This document shows positions 22,701 through 34,700 of a stretch of DNA of 53,665 bases, piece after piece. The stretch covers positions 1 through 53,665 of the forward strand of contig BAAIJX010000091.1 in the NCBI GenBank assembly GCA_054600435.1, given 5' to 3'. The stretch comes from Neophaeotheca triangularis (lineage: Eukaryota). Below the pieces are notes generated by a model that was not told the origin of the DNA, did not search any database, and worked only from the letters and a program-made list of their open reading frames with translations. The position numbers and the translations under genes were made by a program. The stretch's first letter is position 1. Every line of letters starts with the position of its first letter.

Positions 22701-25700
22701 TCAAAGGTAGAACATGACACCGTCCATGTTCTCGTGCCAGGGGTTCCTGCGCATGACGCCGTACTTCGTGGGGGGTTGAGGCGGAACGGGGTGCGGCCCC
22801 GGGCGATAGTCTTGCGAGTCGCGCAGGAAGGCGAGAACGCGCGCGCGGACATCTTCGATAGTTTCCCTTTGCTTCATTCTCGTGACATCGACGCCAGCAG
22901 ACTGCTTCCGGGCTGGGAGCACGCTCCCGGTGAGCCAAGAGCGAAGGTACACGCGGCCGCGTTCGCAGAGACGGTCGGCGTAGTAGGCGGGGGCGCAGTA
23001 GGAGACGCCCTTGGTCGCGCGGGCAAAGGCGTAGCAAAAGTTGTGGGTCACCGTTTGGAGGTCTTGCGTGGACAAGCGCATGCCGTTGGTAAGGCAGAAG
23101 TAGTGGGCTGCACGCCCTGTGCCGATGATCGGGTTGTGTGATTGCAAGTAAAAGTCGAAACTCGTAGGATGTGTGACGACTTGATCCACCACAAGGCCCG
23201 GCTTAACGTTATTGTTGACGTTATTGTTGACGTTGGATACCTGGTCTGCCGTCCTCAGAGGGTAAAACCTGTGTAGAAGAATGATCAGTGTCAGCAGGGT
23301 GTGTATAAATAACGCAAGGGGGTTGGCGGAGGGCGAGGAGGGGAACAGGGGGAATGGGGCTCATAGGGCCTGAAAACATACCGCGTATTGTGACGCTTTG
23401 CCACCACCACGTAGGTGAGCTCGAAGCTGGTGTTGCAAGGAGGACCTTGTGGGAACTTCACGTTTTGGAACTCCTTTGCATGTAACTCGCTCCTCGCTTG
23501 ATCCTTTGTGGACACAGTCTCTTCACTTGTGACATCCTGCGATGTTGCTGCGGTCTGAATTTCTGCCTGAAGCGCTTCAGGAGATAAAGGTACTGGCCAA
23601 GGAGTCCGCAGCGTGTCGCCGGGCGGGTTCGAAGAGCCGCCGGGAGCGTTCGCAGAGCTGCCGGGCTGATTGAGCCAGTCTTGTGCCCAATTGAAAGCTT
23701 GCTGAATTTGCGGAATCTCGTAGGAGCGGAGTGTCTCGTACTGCGACTCGCTGACTCCGTCACGATAGAAGAGAATACGAGTCGGCAAGCGCTGGTGTGC
23801 CGTATGCCAATCCACAAGACGCTCCTTGACCATGTCGAACAGCTCCGCAATCTCTTCCTGGCGCCCTCGTTGAAGTCGCATGGATCCAGGGAACTGCATG
23901 AAATTGTCGTCCACAGAGCCAACGACTGCAGCAATAGAAGGGCAACCAGTTTCGGCGCTAGGTCCAGGGTGAGTGACATCAGCCCCCAGAACCATGGTTG
24001 TGGCTGGCGAACCAACTTGCCGTGGACGAAGACAAGCGAAAGCTGCGTCTCCCAGCCGGTGGTTGTCGCATCCGGTCTTGATGTTCCACTTCGTTGCAAT
24101 GTTAGATGCTTTGGCGGGCGTAGTGTTACCTAGGGTCGAGCAAACGGTGTGGCGGCCGAGCTGGAGCTCTGCAACTCTCTTGATGGCAGAGTAGATGTCG
24201 AACCCCTTTTCAATCCCGAAGAAAATCGTTGGAAGATTTGTTGATATCGGCAGACGTTGGATTCCGCGCAAAATTGAGGCCTCCAACTGTGGGCCTCTTT
24301 GCATGTGCACATCCAGTGCTTGAAGTGTGATCGGAATGCTGTGATGGCAAAGACCATGGGCATTGAGCCTCCGACGCAGTTCACCGACCTCGGCGTTCAT
24401 ATTTCTACCGGTGCAATTCAGAGCAGCCAACTCGGCAACAGGCCCAGTGGCGACAAAGCGAACACCGGCCAGATTCCAAGAAGCTTGCCTAACCACCGCG
24501 ACTCCTGTCGGAAGTTGAGCAGTACGACCATATTGAACTGTTGGTGGAACGAGCCAGCGTGAAGGAACCGAGATGGGAATATGACCAATCGAAACAGAAA
24601 AGTTCACGAGCGGATTTGGATTCCCGGTGAGCCTGAGCATTCGAAGAGCATTTGTGTCGATGTGCTGCATGTTGAGATCAGAATCGCGACGAGCCGCATT
24701 CACCATGGCCGTTGTTTCTTCCGCACCGAGAATGCCGCGAAACGGTTGATACTCTACAATCTGAAGCTGATGCGCTGGGATCCAAACAGCCCCATTGCCC
24801 TCATTGTGGCGGCTGTGTTTGCCGACGTTGATGCAAATGTCGTTCCGCTGAATGGGGAGTCGGGCAGACGGCCAAAGCTCGTGGCTCTGATGCATTGTAC
24901 CTGTATGAGTGTACCAATTGAAGACCGTGAGATTTCTGACAGATGGGTCGCCACAATTCTGCTGGTTCGCTGGTCTGCCGATTTCAGCAACGAAGCGGTG
25001 CGAGGCGGTCGGGTTGGGCCAGGGCCCGGCATGAGGTTGGTACATGATGCGTACCTTGACCCCCAACAACGACTTTCCGAGAACGCTTGGTTGAGAGTTT
25101 GGATTTGCGTAGATTCTGAAGTAATCCCCAAGTGTGATCACCCTGAAAAACGGAGAAGTTGCGGTGTTGATGTTGACCAGAAGCTCATTACTCCCGGGAC
25201 GGACAGACAGAACATAGCCTCGCAGAGCACGCAGAGCGCTTTTACGATGGTTGACGAGATCGATAGGAGCATCGTTGTCGTCTTGCCGGTGTAGAGGGAT
25301 GACTCTAGAGCTCTGATCATAAGTGATGGCGTTCAAGTGCTGCGTGCTGAATAATTTTTTGTCCCCGCGAGCGCCGATGGTGACGATGTTAGCAGGGCGG
25401 CTGCGCGCGTCGCTTGTCAGAAAAGCATTAAGACCATTCTTGAGTCGGTCTTGCATGCTGCTGTCACGCTTGGTGCCATTCGGAGCGTAGAACAAGTCCA
25501 CCGTGTTCTGAGGCATCGCAATCGTCTCCGCAAGGCTCATGCGGACGTCGAGAATTGGCAATTGGTCGAACTTCTCGTTGTGGTATTGGAATGGGCCAGA
25601 GTTGAGCACGTTTGGCAATTGTGATGGATCGTACAGCGGCGTGGTGGAATAGAGAAGAGTACCATCGCTGGCCCAATTCAGGTTGGCCCCGAGGATAGGG

Positions 25701-26116
25701 AGATGAGCGGGAAGCTGAGCTAAGACGAGCAATTTGTCGGCCTTCTTCGCGACACGAATCTCGTCGCCCGCGGTGTTGAGCCCACGGATCATTTCGAGAT
25801 TGTAGACGTAGAGATGGGTTGGCAGTTGAGTGAATCGGAAGAAGTTTGTTGCCACGCTACCGCCATAAGAGGCAGAGGGACCGGGTGTAGTGACATTGCA
25901 AAAGTCCATACGCAGGCCTTTTTCATACTTCTGGTCGTCGACCTCAGCTTGCGTCGGAGCATTCGAGCCGGGCGCATTGTTCCTGCTGAGGCATTGCGCC
26001 ACGATGGAGTCGATGTCTGTCAAGGCCTGCTGTGTGTTGATGTTGACGGGCTGGTGAACAATGGCGTGGAAAGGTTGAGTGCGCCGCGCTCGGCCGCCAC
26101 TCCCTCCATTTTGCAT
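22701..26116 (-). CDS. Argonaute (N-PAZ-MID-PIWI), divergent paralog; exons 26116-23382 and 23268-22701
   Basis: Motifs RGYVLSVRPG..LLVNINTATSPF, YSAIKR...TVC..NIATKWNIK, VLGADVTHP, PSIAAVVGS, QEEI, FYRDGVSESQ, VVAKRHNTR|FYP, DFYLQSH, YAFARATKGVSYCAPAYYADRLCERGR and C-terminal MFYL. Intron 23381-23269 (GTATGT..CTGAC..CAG). Catalytic tetrad D-E-D-D is intact. Confidence 0.95.
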
Positions 26117-26969
26117 GATGTTGGTAGTATCTGTGAGCGAAAGCAGAACTGGTAGGGAGATAAAAGCTAAAGGAGCTACCAACAGGTCCAGGTATTATAC
26201 ATCGTGCCGGAGATAATGACGGTCGTTCCACGCATGGCGCAAATGTGCTGAACAGAAGCGCAATTGTGCAGCAAACATCTGAATACAAGGAACCAACCTT
26301 CAGACCAAGGACGCAAGCATGGACATCTTGCTCGATGCCTTTGTCATGGAGGATAAGTAAGGACCGGCGGGACATGTCCGGCAGGCAAAAGTGTTGGTCT
26401 AAATCAGTATGGTGTTTGAGAAGCAAACTCTTTGTGCAGTAGACACCTAGGCCGGGGGCTGGCTTTGTTCTTTGATGCGCTGGCCAGCATCTCGGCTCTG
26501 TGTCGGATTGTGACGGACAGGGCCGGCTATTGTGGAAATGTTTGCGCGTGGAGCCAGGGGATTTTTGCTGCAGTCCTTTATGTGATTGGGTTCTGATGTA
26601 CCCTAGCCTCGAGATAGCAGCGGAGTCCGTTCTCGAAAGCCCATGGCAGCGAACCATGGTGCTACACATCAGTAGTGCGGCGCCACCGAATGCTTGCAAT
26701 CAACGATACCCGAAGAAACATCGCTCTGGAGCATAGGAAAGTGGAAAAGACATAACGATATGCTGATACTTACTGCGGCAGCTTGCTGCAAGGTACAAGC
26801 TATCCTCGAATGAATGCCTCCCATCCAATCCAATTGTTCGTAACGATCGTAGCCCATAGCTCTCCTCAAGGGTATCTTACCATCTGACCCTGTTTGTCCA
26901 GTGACAATTTTTCCGCCATACCCTCTTAACGACCAACACGACTAGTCAGGTTGATCAAGTGGCTCATGC

Positions 26970-28591
26970 TCAGTTTGAGCGGCTACGTCTAGTAGGCGAA
27001 CGACCGCGGGCTGAACCGCCAATAGCCAGACCAGAGAAGCCGAGACTACCCTCGTCCTCGACAGAATCGAGACCCTCGGGCGAGGAAGCGTGCGTCGGAG
27101 GCGTAGGTCCACGGAAAGCCGACGCCGGGATCTCATGAATGCGATCGATATGATACACCGACTGGGGAGAGCTGCTGCGCTCGGGAGAAGGCGAGACGCG
27201 GCTCTCAGCTGGCTCGATCTTCTCACCCCTGTTCATGCGTTCCTGATTCTCAGGCGTGGCTCTGAGGAAGGTCTCAAAGTGTGCTCTGCGCTCAAGCTCA
27301 TCGGTGTTTGGGGAAACGTTGCGGTTAGGGTCGACAGGAGGCGAGCGATAGCGCTTGGTCGCTTCTACGTAGTCGCCCCTCATGCAGGCTTCCCGTTCTT
27401 CTGCGGTAGAGGTCCTGAGGAAGTTTTGGAAGTCTGCCTGGCGCCGACGCGCTTCTGTGGTGGGGGAGACATCGCCGTTGAAAGCGTAGACGGACGTGAC
27501 GTGCTCGCCGGATGCGAGCCTCTCGCGCTCTTCCGGAGTACACTCGTTCTCAAAAGCCTCACGGTCGGCTTGGAGCTGGCGTTCTGTGAAAGCAATGTCA
27601 GCGTGATGTCCTGGAGGGAGTAGAAGCAGAGGGGTGTTTGCCAAGCTTCTCACTAGCGCGGGACTAGCGCCAAGCAGAGCCTCCCGCTGAACTTCACCTG
27701 CTTTCAGGCAGGGTGGGCAGGGTACAAGTAGGTAAGAAGAAGAGAGATTCACTTACCACGCGCCGCCTGTTCTTCTTCTTCACGCTGCTGCATGATCCCA
27801 CCGAGACGTTGACCCTCCTCAGTGAATCTGCTGACTCCACCCCTCGGTCCGTACTCAAGGTACCCCCCATACTTTTCCATGTCCTTTTCCAGCTGCGCCT
27901 TGCTATTCTTACTATCCTTGAGCATTTCCTCAATCTCATCCTGCATAGCGTGACGCCTAGCCTTGCGATCCGGCTGGCAGTCACCCTTCCTCTCATACTT
28001 GCCATCGTCAAAGTCTTTGATATGCTGAGCGATGAGGGCGGGGTCGCGAGTTGGCGGTGGGAACGCAGGCACCGTAGGCTCGCTGAGGACATCGCGCCTG
28101 AAGGCATCGCCATAGTTGAGACTCCAGTTTTCGATTTCCGGGTCCTTAGCCATCTTCTCGTCGTCGACCAAGGCTGCCTTACTGGTTTGCCTCTCGGCCG
28201 ACTTCGCCGCTTTGGCTGCCATCTTGCTCGCACGCTTCGCCTGTTGCTTTTGCTGTTGGTCGAGGAATGTCTCGAGCTGCGCTCTCTTCTTAGTAATGCG
28301 TTCCATGATCAGGCCCTGGCCCTTTGGGGGTTCTCTGCGGTGACTTACTCCCGCAGGCGGGTCGCTCGAGGCGGAGGCCTTGTCGCCGGAGGGGTCACGG
28401 TTGGTTTCCCACGGGCTCTGGAGCTCAGGACGATTGCTTTTCTGGATTTCTTGCTCGAACGTCGCCTTGTTTGCTGCAGTGCGGTCCTTTTGGGCCTGGC
28501 TGTCGCCGCCGGAGCCGGAGGGGGTGTTGGCATCGGCGGATCGCTCTTCGCTCATCGACCCACTGGAAGTCTTCTTGCGTAGCCTCGGCAT
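26970..28591 (-). CDS. Hypothetical charged/coiled-coil protein with three ~40-50 aa C-terminal repeats; exons 28591-27757 and 27583 (or 27697)-26970
   Basis: ATG 28591 (MPRLRKK) follows an A/C-rich leader. Donor GTAAGT at 27756. In-frame acceptors at 27698 and 27584; the latter has a GCTGAC branch and gives EEEEQAARERQLQADREAF. No family recognised. Confidence 0.7.
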
Positions 28592-28791
28592 GTTGCTGGT
28601 GTCTTTGGTGGTATTGTTTAGGTTGGCTGCGGTGTCAGAGCTGTTGGTGTCGCTCAGCTGCGTGTTTGGAGATACTGGAAGGAAGGAAGTAAGGTAAGCA
28701 AACATTTCACTTTCTTTATGTGGCGACGCTGAGGTGAGGTTTTTGGCGAAGTGTAGATTCGCTTTCACGGGAGGGAGTAAGAGAGGTGAGG

Positions 28792-31700
28792 TCAGAGGTG
28801 AAGATCTAGGTGAGATTCACCTGTCAAATGCCCATTGAGATCCACCGCTTCACTTCGCTTGCGTCCCTTGTGAGTGAAGATTGCGCTAAGACTGGCTCCT
28901 ATTGTCCGCGAAGACGATGGAGAAGGGCGAGGTGATGCATTTTCGGACGATTCGGCTGTGCGCTCTGTCGTTCTGGAACCACTACTGCGCAGACTGCCGG
29001 CTGCTTTGAGCCGCAGCTTTTGCAGCGGCGACGGAGCGGACGCTTGCGGCGCCGCTTCCGCCTGCGAAGCTTCGTTGTACTCTCGTAGCAAGTCACTGAT
29101 CGCTCCGACTCTTGGTTGCGGCGCGAAGTCTCGCTCGACCACGCCGGTGAGCATGGACCTCTTACCGAAACTACCCCTTTGCTTGCACAAATCCTCTGAA
29201 CTTCCAATACTATTTGCCCTGTCACTCATCCTCCGAATCGATTCCGGGGACTGCGTGTTGGACGAACAGGGACTTGCGGCTCTCTGAGCGATGCCTTCGA
29301 GGCTGCGGCGACTCGCCTTGCAAGCTTCTCCCTTTCTGTTAGGCGAAACAGCCTGCCTTAGACTAATGCTTCCTAGCTTGCTTGTGCCCACGCCAAAGCC
29401 TACACTGGCAGTAGCCTTTGAGGCATGTGGCGACTAACCTTGGACAGCTCCATCGAGACCAAAAGCCAAAGATCGGCGCTTACGTTCCGAAGCGCTTGTC
29501 GAAATGGAAGAAGTAGGGGAGCCCAAGAGAAATCGAGTAGTGCAGCTGAGTTTAGGTGACTTGGTAGAAGTAGTATTGCCGCTTGTGGCGGTCTCTGATG
29601 CATCGTCAATCGCCATTTGAGGTTCGTCGAGTTCGTACGGCGACCCCGAGGCTTCAATCTTGCTCTTGAGAACGTCGGTAGACCGAGAGAAGTCTTCCTC
29701 ATCTCCTGGCTGGAGAATGTTGCGCGGCCTCCGCTCAACTTGTTCCGAGGATGCCTTTCTACTGCCTCGTACATCTGACCGAATTGGCTCAGACCCTACA
29801 GTCTCCGGCTGCGAGGACCGATCTCCAGGTGACTGCGGATCCTCCTCGTCCTCTTGCTGCGAGCTGAAGCAAGTCTGAAGCCGCTGGGTGGGGGCACCAA
29901 ACCTGTTCCGTTCCAGATCCGCTCGAAAAGGATCTTTGAACGGAGGTGCAAGGCTTTGAGCCTCTATTTGAGAATTGATAGGGTTCCTGTTTTCACGCGA
30001 ACCTGGGGAGTTGCCAACCGGTATAACTTTCTTTGAAGACTTAGCCATCCTCGGGATTTTCGAAATAGGAGCAGACGTGGTACCGCTGGCGGATTCTTTG
30101 GCGGACGCGTAGGCAACAGGAGCCTTTTCACCTCGAACACTTGACGTCAAAGGTACTGCAATATTCTCCGCAGGCTCGTCGCTGGCGGCAACAGGTTCGC
30201 TCAGGCTTAGATGATTCCCGGGAACGACGGTACCTGAGCGTTTGCGAGTGACTGCAACGGGAGAATGCACCGTGGCCGGAGGCGCGGGGGCTTCTTCAAC
30301 AGAGGAAGGATGCGTCTGGAGTTCCTCCAAACTTGGCAGATCCTCGTCCTCCAAGTCATCGTCCTCGTCAGCGGAGTCTTCTCCGGTGCTCATCGGAGGC
30401 GGTGGACTCCAAGTTGTCGGCTTTATTTTGGTCACTTGCAGGGAAGGCTTCGAAACGGCTTTGAGATTGCCTTCTGCCTCCCAACACGGCGCAACCGGAG
30501 CTTCAGGGGGCGGCCCAACCCAGGACAACTCCAACGTCACTGCATTATCTTCATCCACTTCGGTCTCGCCGATCTGCCAGCCGAGTTTGAGCAAGGAAAC
30601 TGCACCTTCGCAGATCGCTTGCTTCCTCGGTAAAGGCGCTTGATCGTTGAGTCGAAGGGTGAAGTAGGCTTTGTACAGGTTGCTTTTGGAAGCTGAAATC
30701 TTCAACACGTCCCAGCCGAGTGCTCCAAGGGTTCGATTAGCTCGGTATTGTTCCAGTGTCATTGCCGTGAGAGGGTCATCGCAGGCAAAGCGGACTTTGA
30801 GGGGCGAAGGCGGAGCACGGGGGTCCCGCTGAGGGGCCTTCTCCTGCTGGCGTACAGAGAGCGAGGTTTGATCGTTCGGTTGCTGTCCCAACGTTCCAGG
30901 GGTGTTTCCAGAAATCACAAACCGCGAGGTGGAAAACGCCGTGTTGCTGGTCTCCCGACTACTGCTGCCACCGGAAGTGCCTCTACCGCTCACAGATCTC
31001 AGAGGATGATGCTGATCAAAGATAGACGGGCCCACGCGGAAATCCCTCCTTACATTTCTTTCAGCGGAGATCCTTCGCTCCCGAGCAGAGAATGCTAGGT
31101 GCTCAAACTCTGCTAGCACATGCTTCTGAGATTCCAGCAGACCCGTCACAATTGGCTTCCGTCCCGCGGCTGCTCTTTCTTGGTCTGGTAGTAGTCCCTT
31201 GAGTATCGAGCAGACATCCGGGTTCTTGAGAAGCTTTTCTCGGAGCCGCTGCATCTTGGTGACCTTCTTCATGACATACTCGAACAATTCCTCTGGCCAT
31301 TCGGAAAACATGAGGCCGTCAGTTTTCGAAAGGAGGTCCGCGATACGTCGATCAAACTCCTGGATACAATCCAGGACGTTGTAGTAAAGTTGACCCTCAG
31401 ACTTTGGCTGAGTTGCATGTACCGGTTGAGATCGCTCTGGGAGTTCTTCAAGTATCGGGCTTAGAGAGCTTCCATCTGAAGAGTATCCGGAAGTCGACGT
31501 CAAAGACTCATTTGCGTCCAGTCGGTGCAGATCCCGCAACAGGTCAATCTCAGCGCTGGCCGAGGCAGTCTTGCTGGAGGAAACGCCCACACTGTCTTGA
31601 CGCTCTTGGTTCTTGAAACCACTGGCAGTTCCTTCGTCGCTTGACCCGACTTCGGGATGGAGGAACGCGTGCTGTCCCACTTCATTACGTAGAAGCATAG

Positions 31701-34700
31701 CAACCGGGTCTGGGTCTTCGGGAATACGAGCAGAGTAGGCGCGGAAAGAAGCCACCATTGCAGCATAAGCATCTCCGACTCGATCACCCTCGGCCAAGGC
31801 ATCTCGCCTCTGGTTGGGTTGAAGATCTAGTTCTTTCGGTTGGTCGTCGCCGGCATCTTGAGCACCATGCGGCTCCGATGATTCCTCATTTGGCGAGTCC
31901 TCATCCTTGTATGTATCGCTCCCAGCAAAATCGCTCGCACTATCTTGTCGAACAATCTCTCTCCTCGCCGGACCCACGGCCTGGTCACCAATCATCTCAT
32001 CAAGCCAAGCCATGACGAATTCGTCAATCTTGATCCTCTGCATCTCGTCAAAAATTGTCTTCCGTGAGCCCGACGGCAGTCTCTCCCTGATAATTTCAGG
32101 AAAGTACCCTACCGGTACCTCATCTACACTTTTCTTGAAATGGTCGCCAGGCCCGAGAAGCGCGACCAGCTTTGTGAAAAGCTCGATGTGCGAAGGCAAA
32201 AGCTTCTCGATCGCCTTGAGGAAGAGTGCCGCATCCTTCTCCCGTTGCAGATACAATCTTCGCACGTGGTAGAGACTGACAGCGGTCAACGGCGATAAAT
32301 GCGTTTGCGAGGGCTCATCGAATATGGGGGGAGCCGTGTTCTTGAGATTCGGATGCTGCGAGAAATCGATACTCCAGGTCTCTGTCGTTAGTCCCGATGA
32401 AGGCGGGGGGACTTTGCTCAGACCGGAATTGGAACTTGGGCCTAGGGAGAGTGGTACAGGCTCCCGGTATTCGCCTCTGGTGGGCTCTGCTCTTGGCTGC
32501 TCATCGTCGGCATCGAGACCAGTCATCAATACGTCTCCGAAGGCATCGAGACTTGCTTTTCCGGCGCTCGCCAATCTGCTCAGGATTGGAAGCTTCCCTG
32601 AAGGTGGTTTTTTCATGTTCCCGGGCACGACTGAAGACACCGACTGATCTGCAGGTCTGGCTTGATGAGCACCATGAATTGCGCCGGTCGATAGAGGAGG
32701 CGTGGGCTGCTTAGCTACTGCCCCTGACTGTCCCTCACGAGCCTCACCCCCTAGCGCAGGAGGACTCTGCCAGTTGGACGGACCTGCTTGAGAAGGTACA
32801 GCCGCTCCATCACTAGACTCAGTTGTTCGATCAAGCATTGGCTTCAGCTTCATCTCTGCCTCAGTATCCCCAAGGTGCTGCTGGAGCCCTGCAAGAAAAC
32901 TGGCAAAGGATGGAAGCTCAAATTGCGCTGGGTCTCGCGCCTTTGGCATTTCAGCCATGAAGACGGTAAAGTTACCACTGTCGCTTTCCTCGCCAGATGT
33001 TGACTCATGACGGGAGTTGCCGTCCGTAGGCGCGGGAATCCGACAAGGTGGTGTAGTTTGTATGCCATCATTAGGAGCCCTGGCAGCCGTTTCCTGACCA
33101 GTACTCGGCCTCATAGTCCCACGGCCGGCGCCTCGCGAAACCGAACGAGCGCGAGAACTTGAAGACCGTCTCCTCACGACAGAACTCGACCTCGTAGCCT
33201 CGGTCGCCGTCGTAATAGCCCTAGCAGTCGTATTGGCCGTACGCATCCCCACACTCCCTCTCCTCCGACTCGAAGACCTACGCCTCATGACTGAGATCGG
33301 GCGACCTCTTGAGTCACCCCGAGCAGCAGCAGCTGCCCGCGGGTGCTCCAAACGTCCCCCAAAAGGCGCCACATCCTCCGAAGGCGCGTCCTCCGCGGCA
33401 TCACCGCCTAACCTCGCGATTCCCAGATTCACAAGGTCCCTCGCGAAAGCGGCAGTGGACCCAACGCCCGTTTGGGCGAGCGGAGGCGTCAAGCTCTCGA
33501 ATCCGTCCTCGCCATCACCAGGTCTAGCATTCTCGCCTTCTCCCATACGTTCAATCTCAGCAATACACCGTCTCGCAAAATCAGGCGACGAGCAAAGGAG
33601 CTGCCCCGCTCCAGCCTCACGAGCAGCACGCTCAGTATAAGCAACGGGGAAAGCCGCACGATTCGCCAGGTCAATGATATACCTCGGCGTGTCAGGCGGC
33701 AGCGAGGGGCCCGAAAGCGTGCGCTGCTGAGCCGGTGGGGGAATTATGTTTATCGGCAACGAAGGCCTTAGATGCAGACTCCCGGACCTCTGCGAGCGGG
33801 CGGAAGCCGGACGTGCGATGATCTCGCGCGCGCCTTGGTCGTCGCCGCTGAAACTCTCAGGGATGGTGAGTTCTTGCAAGTTGCCGGGGAGTTCGGGGTC
33901 GGTGTAGGTGGGGGAGGCTAGGACGGCTTCGCGGGCGCGGTGGCCTTGCTCGCCGGGTTGGCGGTGCGTGCCGTGGGCGGTTTCACTGGGATAGCTGGTG
34001 GAGGAGCGTCGGGAGTTTTCTTGGGAGAGGCGTTCGGTGCGGGAGCCCCGGCGGTCGCTGGGGGAGGGCGGACTGCTGACCGGTCCGAGGATGACGGGCG
34101 GGTATGTGGGACGGAGGGCCCAAGGGGTCGCACCGGTGTGTTCAGGCGTGGTTGGGTTGTTTGAGCGCCTCAAAGGCGCGGTTGCAGGCCTAGGCGGTGA
34201 GATCTCGAAGGAGAATTTCTCCCGCAGGCAGTCTTGCGTTGTACCTCGTCTTGTAGGCGGGTCAGTGAGGATGATGCCCTGAGCATCCTCGAGTGTTGGC
34301 GCAGTCATCGCTCTTTTCTTCAAAACGCCCTTTGAAGGAGTCGTCTTGCGATGTTTCGGCGAGGCCGGCCCTGCTCCATCTGGAGGTGACCTTTCGTCCT
34401 CTTGCGGTAAGTCGAAAGAAGTGCTCTTCTTGCGTTTTATTTGCCTCGTCTCTTCTTCCAATCTCTTCCTTTGGTCCTCCCTCGCTTGCTCGAGAGCCTC
34501 CGCAAATTGCCGGTTCGTTTCTTCGAACCAAGTAGGCGTGCTAGTGCCATCATCCAGCAACCCGATACTACTTGGATTCGACGAAGACACGCTTTCCCAG
34601 CTCTTGATAGCATCGGAGAGGAAGCTTCTGCGGTTGGGAGTTCGGATCGGCTCACGAGGCGAAAGGAGCCTAGCCGCAAGTGGCGGCGACCTGCCACGTC

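Noticed and set aside
25944..26699. 251-aa minus-strand ORF overlapping the Argonaute start
   Set aside because: Different frame from Argonaute, starts at TTG and has no protein-like features. Treated as leader or intergenic sequence.
27713..28582. Long plus-strand ORFs opposite coding genes (also 39166-40098 minus, 48104-48970, 36931-37644)
   Set aside because: Antisense shadows produced by GC3-rich codon usage of the real genes.
28627..28820. Possible intron (GTGAAT donor at 28820) fusing the giant gene to the repeat orphan
   Set aside because: In-frame acceptors exist, but the donor is weak and ATG 28591 has a typical leader. Kept as two genes.
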